A stretch of DNA of 35,743 bases. It comes from Octopus bimaculoides (lineage: Eukaryota). The notes under the pieces are model-generated. The model did not search any database and was not told the DNA's origin. It was given only the letters and a program-made list of their open reading frames with translations. Position numbers and translations under genes: made by a program. The stretch covers positions 35,882,341 to 35,918,083 of the forward strand of contig NC_068997.1 in assembly GCF_001194135.2 (NCBI RefSeq). Reading direction: 5' to 3'. Shown here one piece after another: positions 1 to 11,364 of the stretch (its first letter is position 1; each line of letters starts with the position of its first letter).

Positions 1-230
1 GCGGGTGGCACATAAAAGACACCATTTCGAGCGTGGCCGTTTTCGTGCGGGTGACACGTAAAAGCACCCACTACACTCTCTGAGTGGTTGGCGTTAGGAA
101 GGGCATCCAGCTGTAGAAACTCTGCCAAATCAGACTGGAGCCTGGTGTTGCCATCCGGTTTCACCAGTCCTCAGTCAAATCGTCCAACCCATGCTAGCAT
201 GGAAAGCGGACGTTAAACGATGATGATGAT
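1..230 (+). mobile_element. 3' UTR/tail of an RTE-clade LINE (5'-truncated, runs off the window start), ending in (GAT)n
   Basis: Matches the reverse complement of the sequence downstream of the RTE ORF stop (15316-15784) and the copy at 13432-13850. Ends ...GGAAAGCGGACGTTAAACGATGATGATGAT. Confidence 0.85.
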
Positions 231-1373
231 AGGCAGTTCCCATGAGCACTATATTTTGAATTTCTGCCATTTGGGGGTTTCCTGGTATCTGAGCTAGGTA
301 GGAATCAGCCCCTTTTGCTATTATTCCTAGCACACCTATGACAACAGGTATTGTTTTAGTCTTGAGGTTCCACGTTTTGCCAATTTCTATTTCAAGATCT
401 TTATACTTGCTCGGTTTTTGTTAAGTCTTGACAGATACATTTATGTCGATTGGGACAGTCATATAAATGAGGAGGCATGATTTTTGTCTGAAGTCTCTTA
501 ATATAATGTCTAGCCTATTTGCATCTATCTTTCTGTCAGTTTGAACGGTAAAGTTTCAGAGGAGTGAGATGTGATCATTTCCAAGCACTGGAAGTGGTTT
601 GTGTTCCCAGCAGTTTTTAGCATTGGGCAGCTCCAGGTTTTTGCAAATTACCCAGTGCTGCTCTATCATGCCAGTTGAGATACTCTGTAGGCACAAGAAG
701 ACTGCACATGGAGACAACATGGTCAATAGTTTTATTTTGTTGTTTACATACACAACATGTTGGGCTACTGATGTTCTTTAATATGTTGGCCTGGTAGCTC
801 CTTGTAGGTAGGCATTGATCTTGGGCTGCTATGATAAACCTTTCTCTTTCTGATTTTAAGCCAGAAGACACTAATTACTTTGTCAACATCAGCATTATTA
901 GCCCTCTTTGGGTATTTGCCATTGAGAGGTTTTTATTGCATTTATCAGTAAGAATATCTAAGGCAGCAGTTTCAGCACAGGTTTTCATAAGCTTAGTTTT
1001 TTCTGTGCTTGTTTCTAGTATGTCTTGTTCTGGGATTTGTTGTATTTGGAATTCACTTAAGTATTCCTTTACCTGTTTTGTTACTGAATATGATGCTTTC
1101 TTGTTTTATTCAAACCCCAAAGAATTCCTCTCAACACATGGCTATGATGCTCCCCCACTACTTCTGCTCATGATCAGAGATGAACATATTGTCAGCCACC
1201 AAAGGACATGCTCAACTGGTTATGGGCAAACAACTGACAAGAAAATCTGTGGTATTGAGCAGAATATTTGCTGTAGCCCATCATTTATACCAAGACAAAA
1301 CATGTACATAACACTTTCAATCAGTTCAGATAAAAAGTCATGAGAACCAGTTCCTGGTGTTGAATTAGGGCAT
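231..1373 (-). mobile_element. R4/Dong-type non-LTR retrotransposon 3' fragment A (CCHC knuckle plus restriction-enzyme-like endonuclease), degenerate
   Basis: Minus-strand translation: SSGLKSERERFIIAAQDQCLPTRSYQ..CCVCKQQNKTIDHVVSMC..EYLNWHD..HWVICKNL..WEHKP..; C-terminal KTKTIPVVIGVLGII..IPGNP..EIQNIVLMGTA. Broken by frameshifts and stops. Confidence 0.8.
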
Positions 1374-1410
1374 TTATTATTACTATTATTATTATTATTA
1401 TTATTATTAT
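1374..1410. repeat. (TAT)n/(TAA)n microsatellite between the two R4/Dong fragments
   Basis: TTATTATTACTATTATTATTATTATTATTATTATTAT read directly. Confidence 0.95.
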
Positions 1411-2252
1411 GACTTTTAATCTGCATGCTTGCTACAATCATTTGCCAAGACACACCAAGGATCCTAGGGCAAGTGAAGGATAAGAGATGTTACAGTATGA
1501 CTGAAAGCTTGGGGAAGAGAAGTGGCAGGGGCAGTAGCGAAATATCTTCATGTAATACAACACAGATATTTAAATTGATAGGGTTTTTCTTGTTAGCACA
1601 ATCTTTTGGATTTCTCTGAGACATGGTTCTCCTGGGATATTATCTAGATGTTTCTGACATCCCTATACCTAGGGCTCCCACAATAACAGTAACAGTTCTT
1701 GCTTTAAGATATCACATCTTTTGTATTTCAGTTTCCAAGTCCTTTATTTACTTAATTTGTCAAATTCCTTTACAGAACACTTACATATATTAGTCTACAA
1801 GTATTTTCTTTCCTGTTTTTAATGACTATGTCTGGTTGATTAGCCTGGATCATTCTGTTGCTGCTGACTGGAACATTTCAGAGGATAGTGACATTTTTAC
1901 CTTCAACAACTGGCTCAGGATGATGTTTATACCAGTAAACAGGAGTGCTGATTTTGTATTGTTTACATATTTTCTAATGTAAATACTGTCCTACCCTGTC
2001 ATGGCAATTTTTGTATTTGTTTGGTGTCAGGACATCTCGAAGCAAGATGGTCTGTTGTTTTGTTAAACGTATCGCAGAATCTGCAATTAGGGTCAGAACT
2101 ATTTGGAAGAATGTTAGCCTGGTAGTTTTTGGTAAGCAAGCTTTGATCTTGTGTCACCAATATGAAACTTTCAATTCTCTGTTTTCAGTCCTGAACTTCC
2201 CAGCCACTGATGGGTTGTTGCTTGATCTACATCAGCATTTCGGCTTTGAAGT
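1411..2252 (-). mobile_element. R4/Dong-type non-LTR retrotransposon 3' fragment B including 3' UTR
   Basis: Minus-strand remnants ADVDQATTHQWLGSSGLKTE..CRFCDTFNKTTDHLASRC..PEPVVEGKNVTIL..QANQPDIVIK..VIVGALG..IPGEPCLREIQKIV. The 3' UTR runs directly into (TAA)n. Confidence 0.75.
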
Positions 2253-2555
2253 TATTATAACATGAAGCCTTGTCCACTTCTATGTTGCCGTCGGTACTGT
2301 GATATTCTTGTCGCCACTATTATGTTGTGGCAGTATTACATGTCTTATTATCTTTGACTTGTCTATCGTGCTATTGCTGATAGCTCTGTAAGGTGACTTT
2401 GTAACATCTACCTTGATGGTAACTTGAACTTGTATATATCACATAACTGACACTAAGTCCAACTGAGAACTCATACAACGACTCTACTACTACTGACCCC
2501 CTACAACAACTGACTGTCTGACTTTATAGCAGCTGCCCCGTACCACTTTGTCACA
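2253..2555 (-). repeat. 3' LTR of the Mag-like Gypsy element, preceded on the minus strand by polypurine tract AAAAGGGGAGA (2556-2566)
   Basis: Begins TGTGACA on the minus strand right after the PPT. Aligns with 6635-6909. Confidence 0.85.
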
Positions 2556-5500
2556 TCTCCCCTTTTAGTTTTTTTTGGGGAGGGTGAAGTCAGTAATTTT
2601 ATTTTACTTTATTCACCCCTCCTCCCTTTTTAGCATTTTTTTTCCAAACTTAAAATTTTTCCTTTTGGAGTCTGTTTGTAGCAACTATATGTTCTTCCTT
2701 TTTCTTCTACTTGTGCACATAGGTTCAACTGCTTGTTGGTACCTGAAATGTGTCGTATCACAGCTATTCCATAGTTTCTTCCACTCTGTCTGGTTAATTT
2801 TCTATGGATCTCTTTAATTGGTTTCTGTGTCTTTTTTCAATACTTTTTCTGCTTTTAATTCTGTACAGCATTTTTTCTATGTACTTTGTAATTTTTCCTT
2901 CTTCCCAGTATTGTTTTACATTTTTATACAACCTATTGTACACATTATCACCAATTTTGAAAAATTTTGGATTGTCTTTCCTGTTACTTTAGTTTCCTTG
3001 CCAGGTAACAGTTTATCAAAAATTGATTTCACCTTCCTTGTGAACATCAGTTCAGCTGGTGAATTTCCTGCTGGTGTCACTCAGTATACCCATTGGAATT
3101 GCTGCAACTTCATTTGTGGCTTCTTTGTTTGCTTTTCCCAGAGCTCTTTTAAAAGTGTCCAACAAACTGCTTTGCTTGTCCATTTGATCTGGGATGGTAA
3201 GGTGTTATTTTATGTTCTACCGTGAACATTTTCTCAGAATTTTCTGAATTCACTAGACACAAATTGTGTTCCATTCTCAGATGCAATCACATCTGGTTGG
3301 TATGCCAAATCTTGTGAATAATTTGTGCAAAAAATTTACTTCAATTGAAGCAGTTGGTCTTTTGCACTTAACAATTTCCAGCCATTTTGTATAACTGTCA
3401 ACTACTACTAAGTAGTAATAACCATTTAACAGACCTGCAAAATCGATATCTAGTCATGACCACAGACTTTTTACTTCTGGCCAAGGCTCCCATTTTTTAG
3501 TAGGCAATTTTGCTGCCAGAGCACATCCTCTACAGCTTTTTACTATGTTTTCAACTTCCTTGTCTATCTTCAACCAATACACACAACTGCGCATAAGTAC
3601 TTTGATCCTTGCGATACCTGGTTGTCCAGTATGCAATTCTTTTAACATTCTTTTTTGTGGAGTCTCAGGTACCACTACACTTTGGTCATGCATCAGTATG
3701 CCATTGCATGTTGAATATATGTTTATATCTTGCTTTTTCTCACTGAACCTTTTTTTGTTTTCTTTCACTGACCCAAGAGTTTTTCTTTTTTGTATCATTA
3801 ATGAACTTGTCTTTTGACGCATGTCTAGAGTTATTGGTAACTCTCATACTGTGTTCCACATTATGTGTTTAATTTCCTTTTCGGCTCATAGGGCTGCTAT
3901 TACTATATCCTTGAATGGTTCGCCATTTCTAGGTATTAACATAGATAGGCCGTCAGCATGTCCTAGCTTTTTCGAGGGTAAATATTCCATTGCATAGTTG
4001 TAGTTTAGTAGTATCGCACCTCATCGCTGCAACCTGTTTGCTGTATGTACTGGGATTCCTTTCTTGGATCTATAAATCATTAGCAACAGGTGATGGCTTG
4101 CTTGTAGTCTAAACTGTCAACCATGTATAAACTTGTGGAAGTTTTTTATGCCAAATATAATTGCCAGTGCCTCTTTTTCACTTTGGCTTTAATTTCTTTC
4201 TGCTGGCAAGAGCATCCTTGATGCATGAGCTATGGCCTTTTGGCTGCCATCCTCATATTTGTGTTGGAGTACAGCACCTACCCCATACTCACTAGCATCG
4301 GTTGCCAGTATCGTTTCCAACTCCGGATTGAAGTGTGTAAGCGACAAGTCTGAAGTTTAACATGCTTTTTAGTTCCTCAAATGCTTTCTGGAATTTTTTT
4401 GACCAAAACCATTTGACATCCTTTTTTAACAGCTCGTTTAGTGGAGCCCTTGTGTTGCGTATGTTCAGGATGTATACTTCATAGTAGTTTGCCAATCCTA
4501 AAAATGTTTGTAACAATTTGACGTTCTTTGGGGGAGGTATATTCCATATTGCTGTCACCCTTGATGAGTCTGGCCTTCGTCCTCTTTCATCAGTTACTTG
4601 ATTCAAATATTTGATTTTTTTTCATCAAAAATTCACACTTTTCCTAAACCCATATTCATTTATTTTCCTGAATACTTTTTTAATACATTTGAAGTGTTGC
4701 TCCACTCACTCGCTCTTTATCAAAATATCACCAAGATAAGCAATAATAAAGTTGCACTCATTTAACATTGTGTCCATCACTTGTTAGAATATAGCAGGTG
4801 CCACTTTTACTCCAAAAGAAAGTCGTTTGAATTTATACAATCCATGATGTGGATTGTTAAAAGGTGTGCTCAATCTCCCTCTCCCTCTATCTGTAGATAG
4901 GCTTCCAAGAACTTTGAGAGAATTTTTCCTCCATTTAGTTTTGAGAACACTTCTTCTTTTGGTAATGGATAGTTGTGTTCAAGTAAACAGTCATTTAATC
5001 CAGTCAAAAAGTCCACACACACTCTTAGTTTATTATTTTTTTCTTTACATAAACCGTTGAAGCCGCCCAGTCTGAATGGTTGACTTTTTCAATTATAGCT
5101 AGACTTTCTAGTCTTTTTAGCTCTTTATTGATCTGGTCCAACGCTGCAAACAGCACTTGGGTGTAAAAACAGGAATTTGCCTTTTCTTTTACTTTGATCC
5201 TTGCTTTTGTTTTAGTGCAACAGCCTAATTCTTCCTAAAAAAACATTTGAAAACAATTTTTTAATTTTTTGTCTCAGTTGTTCAACTTCATTTGAACTTT
5301 TAACTGTGCTGATTACATTTTCACAGAGAACACTAATGGGGGTATCTCACATTTTAAATAACTCCATGTATTCTATGCTAAATAGGTGTAGTGATTTTTT
5401 TCAACACATAAATGATTGTCCTTTTCATTTCATCTCGAAAAGTTACACCGCCGATGAAATATAATTTCTTTCTTGTAACACCGTATGCTACTTTATTTGA

Positions 5501-6634
5501 TTTAAATAATTTCAGCTTACCGATTTGCCTCCATGTTTCTTCATTTATGATAGAGTTGTCACTACCCATGTTTTATTGCATTTTGACAATAGTGGTTTTG
5601 ATTCTCATCTTTATGAATTTTATGTTTGTTGTATAGACGTTTTTCTTCTGATGACAAACTATTTATTTTTTCTCATTTGGTTCAATTTTTCATCATCTTA
5701 GTTCTGCAGTGCAATTTAATGTCCTGTGTCCTCACAATGAAAGCACTTTGCCTTTTTGAACAGACACTCTTTTCTCAGGTGCCTACCACCACATGATATA
5801 CATGATATATATCATGTTTTTTGTGAAACACTTTATCTATCTTCCAACCTTTTTACACTGGTTTTATCTGTAAACAATATCTGCATTGGATTTCTTCTGT
5901 GTCATGCCTTACTTTTAATATCCTCACTCTTCTGACAGTTTGGAGAGTTATATCCTGGTTCATTTCCAGCTTTGTGAGAATTTTCATTCTGACTTTTGCT
6001 TCCTTTTTAGCAGTAAGTCCCTGAGCAAAAATCAGGCACTGGAATGAGTCTGGAATTAATTTATCCAGTTTAAATCTCTCACATTCTCTGTTCACTACAT
6101 AAGATGTCAATTGTGTCCATGAAATTTATATCAGAAACATTTTTTAGGCAATATGAAGTTACAGTATTTCTCAAGCTGTATCGTTGCCAGTTTCCTCATT
6201 TTGTTTGTCCAGTCTTGGCATTCTTTTTCGAAAATTTGTTCAAATCTTTGGTAATATGCCTAGAAAGTGATTCATTCTTCTGGGTCATATTTATGATTGA
6301 AATTCATTTACTGAATTTGCTGCATGGTCTTGCGAAAACATATTTTCTGGTTTTGTTATCAACTTCATTAGTTATAGCATTTGTTGTTGTTCTTCTTGTT
6401 CTTTGAGTTGTTGTTGTTGCTATTTTTGCAAGTAAACCCTCTAACAAATTTTCCATTTCACAGATCTTTCATAAAATATATACAACAAAAATGTTTGTTA
6501 CTCCTCTGTTGAGTTTTTAATTTCTCCATGTGAAAAATTTTTCTACAACGTCTGCGTGAATTATTTTCTGGTGAAAAAAAAAATTTCTTTTTTTCAACAT
6601 TGTCCATGTGAATTGTTTATATCCTCCTCGTCAC

Positions 6635-6909
6635 TGTTATAATGTGGATCCTTGTCCACTTGTATGTTATCACTGGCACTGTTATATTTTTGTTACCACT
6701 ATTATGTTGTGGTGGCATTCCATGTCTTATCTTTGATTCATCTATTGTGCTATCACTGATAGCTCAGCAAGCCAATGATTTTGAAACGTCTACCTTGAGG
6801 GTAACTCGAACTTGTATATATCATGTAACTGACACTGACTCCAACTGAGAACTCGTACAACTCTACTACTACTGGCCTCCCTAAAGTGAGTGGCTCTCAC
6901 TTTGTCATG
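6635..6909 (-). repeat. 5' LTR of the Mag-like Gypsy element, followed on the minus strand by a degenerate PBS (GTGACGAGG, ~6626-6634)
   Basis: Aligns with 2253-2555 (CCTTGTCCACTT..CCACTATTATGTTGTGG..CCAACTGAGAACTC..CACTTTGTCA). Ends ...ATAACA on the minus strand. Confidence 0.8.
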
Positions 6910-6967
6910 TGAGAAGGAGTGTACCATTTTCACTACAACAGAAGTATATATTCTTTATTATTATTAT

Positions 6968-7337
6968 TACCTCTGCCTTAGCGAAGGCATCATTTTCAGT
7001 CGTGTTTGTTTGTTTGTTTGTTTGTCCATGGACAAGATATTTCAAGAACCACTGGATGGATCCGGATAAAACATTCAGGGATGTTTGGTCTCGTGACTGG
7101 TACAAAACTGATTAGATTTTGGCATCAATCTTGTATTAGACAAGGATTCTGGATTATTTTTTGTGTTTTTTAACTTAATTTTTGAGAGCAGTTGAGTTCA
7201 TTTTTAGTATTTTCATTTGTGAGAGCAGTTGAGTTTCTTTCAGATATTCTCATTTTAAAAATCATCTCTGGCTAATTGTTGAGAGGACATTGGTGTAACC
7301 TTGGTGGAGGTTTGCATTTTCTGAGTGCACTTATTGT
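6968..7337 (+). mobile_element. DINE-1/HINE-like (Helentron-associated) non-autonomous element
   Basis: Subterminal inverted repeats ACCTCTGCC (6969-6977) and GGTGGAGGT (7303-7311). 5' hairpin TGCCTT-AGCG-AAGGCA (6974-6989). (GTTT)n at ~7002-7024. 3' stem-loop TGCATT..AGTGCA (7313-7329). T-rich flanks. Confidence 0.65.
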
Positions 7338-7419
7338 TTTACTTCTCAGAACATTCAGTCTTGTTTGTTCTGGTAGATTCTTTGAGAGCGGACAGCAGCC
7401 TACTGTCAGAGGTCTCACA

Positions 7420-7709
7420 GGGTCTCTTTCTGCACATTATAAGCTTTGATACTCAGTTGTTAATTATCATGGGAGACATTCAATATCCAAGAACCAATCT
7501 CAAAATTTCTGTGATGCTCTGTGTTTCAATCAGTTTTAAATATAACAAAGAATTTAGTAAAATAACTCAGTTATCAATAAGCTAGTGTTAGGAACATAAA
7601 TTGTGACTAAGGTTTGGTGGAAGATTTTAATTCAGAACTTTTGAAAACAAGACATTTGTACTACAGAGCCAGAGGCACTTTCAGTTGAGTTGGTATCGAA
7701 AGGGTTAAA
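7420..7709. mobile_element. Non-coding interspersed repeat ending in ..GAAAGGG-TTAA (possible piggyBac-type MITE right end)
   Basis: GGG followed by TTAA is the piggyBac terminus signature. The matching left terminus was not found, and the left boundary is a guess. Confidence 0.35.
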
Positions 7710-8107
7710 CAAATTTGCCTTTGAATCCAAGTGTACCACAGAAAGCTGTACTAGAAATGATATTTATCATACCAGGATCAATTACAATTGTTACCATGTG
7801 AAAGGTTTCTGACTTCTTACATTGCATATTATTTCAGTTTAAATGTTCAGTGTTTTCAAATGCTATCTTTTTCTATATCTGTCTCTTTTATGTCAAAGGC
7901 AACAACTCACATTGTGGCAAAATCCAGTTAGCTTTGCTGATATATGGTAGTCTCTCAAGTTCAAGAAAGACAGATCTATATTTTCTGGCTGAACAACCTG
8001 CACAGATGATTGTAGTGATCAAATGTTTGTGCTGCACATTAGCTTTCTCCCTCCATCAAATCAACATCATTTGTACAGGTGCATGGTGTGCCACATGTCA
8101 GATATTG

Positions 8108-8235
8108 AAGTGATTGCAGAGCAAGGCAAGATGAAGTGTTTTGTTCAAGAATGCAATACCACTAAGTCTGGATATCAAACCCATGATCTAGGATATCAAG
8201 TCTGGATATCAAACCCTAACCACTAGGTCATGCTG
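8108..8235 (-). mobile_element. Degenerate tRNA-derived SINE
   Basis: The minus strand shows an A-box-like TAGTGGTTAGG, a B-box-like GGGTTTGATATCC, then CORE-like TTCTTGAACAAAACACTT. It carries an internal duplication of AAGTCTGGATATCAAACC. Confidence 0.55.
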
Positions 8236-8679
8236 ATATATACAAGAAGGACAATTCAATAATCCACTATCAACAACAGGGAGGAAACCTTACCTACAAG
8301 CTAGTGGTTATAATATGTTGGTAACTGAATCTTTGCTATCCAGCTAGTTGGCCTAGAATGTTTAGCAGTATCACTAATCCAGATATGTGAGAAGCCTTCA
8401 TATCCATATACTTGAGCTTTGTAGAATCTAAACTGATGATTACAACTGAAGTATTTTTGAATCTGAAGAAGAATCCTAGACTTAGGAATGCTGATTTGGC
8501 AATATTATACATACAAGATTGCCTTGAAAAAATGTGAGACCAAACATTTATATCATCTTTGAGGTTTTATTTGTGCATTGTTCATTTATAGGAGGGATGT
8601 ATTGCAAGATTGTTTCCCTATGTCTTTATGCTATTTAACAAAACTATCATGTTCTCAATGAAAGATGTTTCCAAGACCT

Positions 8680-9140
8680 ATATTGTTACATTACATTCAG
8701 TTCTCATTGTGCCTTGTGGTATTTGAGGTCACAACAAGATCATTCTACCTTCTAACATGGAAAGCATCCTTGACAACTTGTTCCATTGTTAACCTTCTAC
8801 TTGTAAGATCTGTTGTTATTGTTCTTTGCCACGTATCCTTTGGTCAGCCACATCTTTTACCTTGTAGAACCAACTGCAATGCAATCCTGACAATTGAGTT
8901 CAGTTTATAGCGACAAGCTTGACCCGGCCATTTCCATCTTGCTTGTATGTGGATGATGCTATTGTGTGGAAAGAATGAAGGATAGTGTCATCTATGTATA
9001 TGTCTTATCAGAAGTAACAGTAAAATAGTCATTGAGAAAGTACAGAAGAATGACATACCTGAACTCTTTGGTATCCCAGAGGTTAAAGAATGCCATTCAG
9101 AGAGAGCCCTTTCAATACACCACAAGTCATTTTGTCTACC
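8680..9140 (-). mobile_element. Highly decayed LINE remnants (RT motif fragment and RTE/L2-like C-terminus)
   Basis: Minus-strand SEWHSLTSGIPK..YIDDT (~9140-8985) and ARWKWPGQ..IVRIALQ..QGKRCG.PKDTWQRTITTDL (~8950-8800). Many stops and frameshifts. Confidence 0.4.
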
Positions 9141-10444
9141 ATTCTGCTGACTCTTCTAGCTACCACTTTAATCATAATAATGCATAAAGCCAGAAATTTG
9201 TTAAGGACAAGGTGTAGTATCAAGCATATATTGTGGTCAGTTAAATTTATTCTAATCCAGCTTTATAAATTTTTGGTCTCTTCGTAATGCTTTTATTGTG
9301 CTTTTCTTTCTTTTCACAGAGAAATCCCTTAATTTCTTAATCAAAAGTCACTAACAAGAACTGCAACCTCTTCATGTGTGGAGACTGAGATTAGCAGTGT
9401 GTAAGAACAAGAACCGGAGAAAATCAGAAAGTTAATCAGTAAAATTTTTGTCTGGCTCTCAAGGATTTCAAAGAAACAGCAGCAGTTAGTGTAACTAAGC
9501 AGTTTGACATCAAAAATATTTCAGGAATACAATGGTTAATCTTTGTCGTCAAAATTTATTTCTGACATGTATGTATTAGTATCATATTGAAAATATCTCT
9601 TTTTATATAATAGTTTTGATTGTGAAGTAGCACTTTTTTTAAATACTGTTTTTTTTCAGATATTGTATCCAAAGTACCTCTTCTCATATCATGACAACAT
9701 TTTAAAACTGAATATTTGCTGTGTATACTTGTGCTTAAGGCACATTCTTATTTTACAAAAAACATTCTTAAGTCAGTACTCGACTTACATATACAATACT
9801 ACTTATAAATACTTTTATAAATACTGCTTTTATGTGCTGTATTGATAAACACATAATGCTTGGATGAAATTTCCATCAGAATATTCTAAACTGAGCATAT
9901 TTCTCCTATAATATATCTAAAAAAAATTATATGTAAATATACTCTTATATGATAATGTGTATATTCATTCTTAAAATGTTTTGTTTGCTGAATTCTATAA
10001 ATAGGAACGGTTGCTCTTGTTTAGAATCAGAGTTCTGGGCTTGTCTCTAGCTGAAGGGGCTTAGTGATGTTGGAACACCAGTGTCTCAATCAATCCATTA
10101 TATCACTGAATTGTGTATGTTGTCAAATACATTGTATAAAGAGAGAAGTTGTTCCCAGAAAATGAAACTCAACAATCTGTACTACTTCCATATGGTACTA
10201 TAACAATATATGGTAACAATTTCCTGTATTGTCAATATAATATTCAAACAATTTGCTTGCCCGCTATAAATAGTGGAATTCAAAAATCTTATGTTATTAA
10301 AGACAAGTGGATCTCCGTGTCTGTCTGTCTGTCACAACATCCATAAGAGGGAGGGAAAGAATGGGAAGAATCAAAATATATGCCACAATGTATTTTGAGA
10401 GGGAGAGGAGAAAAAGTTGATGTTGAGAGAGAGAGAAAGAGACG

Positions 10445-10690
10445 TACATATATGTCTACATATAAACATATACGTAGACAGTCATAAATACATACATATA
10501 TACATGCATCTGTGCACATACATGCATATGAATACATATATACACACATTGCCACATAATACATATGCATGCACATGCAAGCATACATGCATATATGCAT
10601 ACATGTATACTTAAATGTATACATGTGGACATACATACACATGTGTGAATACATGCACACATTATCATACAGTGCATGGGTGTATGTGCA
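10445..10690. repeat. AT/AC-rich cryptic simple-sequence tract
   Basis: Permutations of ATAC/ATGC/ACAT; source of the spurious Cys/Met/Tyr/His-rich ORFs. Confidence 0.9.
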
Positions 10691-10763
10691 CAAAGGTATA
10701 AAGTATAATAATGAATTTAATTTTAACAAAAGTGATAATAATGAAAGTAATAATAAGAATAAT

Positions 10764-11002
10764 TTTTTTTATTTCTTTATTGCCCACAAAGGGCTAAACA
10801 TAGAGGGGACAAACAAGGATAGACAAAGGTATTAAGTTGATTACATTGACCCCAATGCCTAACTGGTACTTATTTAATCAACCCCGAAAGGATGAAAGGC
10901 AAAGTCGACCTTGGCGGAATTTGAACTCAGAATGTAGTGGCAGAGAAAATACTGCTAAGCATTTTGCCTGGCGTGCTAATGATTCTGCCAGGTTGCTGCC
11001 TT
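10764..11002 (-). mobile_element. tRNA-derived SINE with a Meta-like central domain, flanked by a 15-bp TSD
   Basis: Minus strand: tRNA-like head (..GAGTTCAAATTCC B-box), then GACTTTGCCTTTCATCCTTTCGGGG..AAATAAGTACCAGTT. AATAATAAGAATAAT occurs at both 10749-10763 and 11003-11017. Confidence 0.85.
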
Positions 11003-11097
11003 AATAATAAGAATAATGGCATAACAAAGGTGACAAAAAGAAAGTAAAAAATTGCAATGGTATGTTATGGAATATAACTGGGTAGCCTATAAGTTAA

Positions 11098-11300
11098 TAC
11101 ACACACACACATATATATACATATATATGTATATATACATATGTATATATATATAGATATACACACATATACACATATATATGTATACACATCTACACAC
11201 ACACACACACACTCACAGACATATATATGTATATGTATATATATATCATCATCATCATCGTTTAACATCTATCTTCCATGCATGAAAAGGTAGAACTGTA

Positions 11301-11346
<46 letters not shown>

Positions 11347-11362
11347 CAGACATACACATACA
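11098..11362. repeat. (CA)/(TA) microsatellites containing a ~40-bp RTE tail stub (11246-11285, minus strand)
   Basis: ATCATCATCATCATCGTTTAACATCTATCTTCCATGC is the reverse complement of the RTE tail end. Confidence 0.8.
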
Positions 11363-11364
11363 TA

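Larger units (their letters stand above)
2253..6909 (-). mobile_element. Ty3/Gypsy LTR retrotransposon, Mag-like (K02A2.6-type pol), full span but heavily decayed
   Basis: Two homologous LTRs (2253-2555, 6635-6909). Gag ~6350-5850 (..DSFQCLIFAQGL..KILTKLE). Cys/His knuckle remnant ~5700-5790 (CGGRHLRKECLFKKAKCFHCEDTGH). Protease (GSDNSII, ~5570). RT ~5000-4600, RNase H ~4600-3950. Integrase with HTGQPGIARIK..YW..CRGC (3454-3822). No clear TSD. Confidence 0.9.

Noticed and set aside
831-3225. Hydrophobic + strand ORFs (831-1343, 2575-2817, 2818-3225) resembling membrane proteins
   Set aside because: Antisense to A-rich retroelement coding sequence, which yields Phe/Leu/Ser-rich frames.
6910-6967. 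Continuation of Dong fragment B beyond the Mag-like LTR element, with a TSD
   Set aside because: No convincing TSD or in-frame Dong protein similarity could be read.
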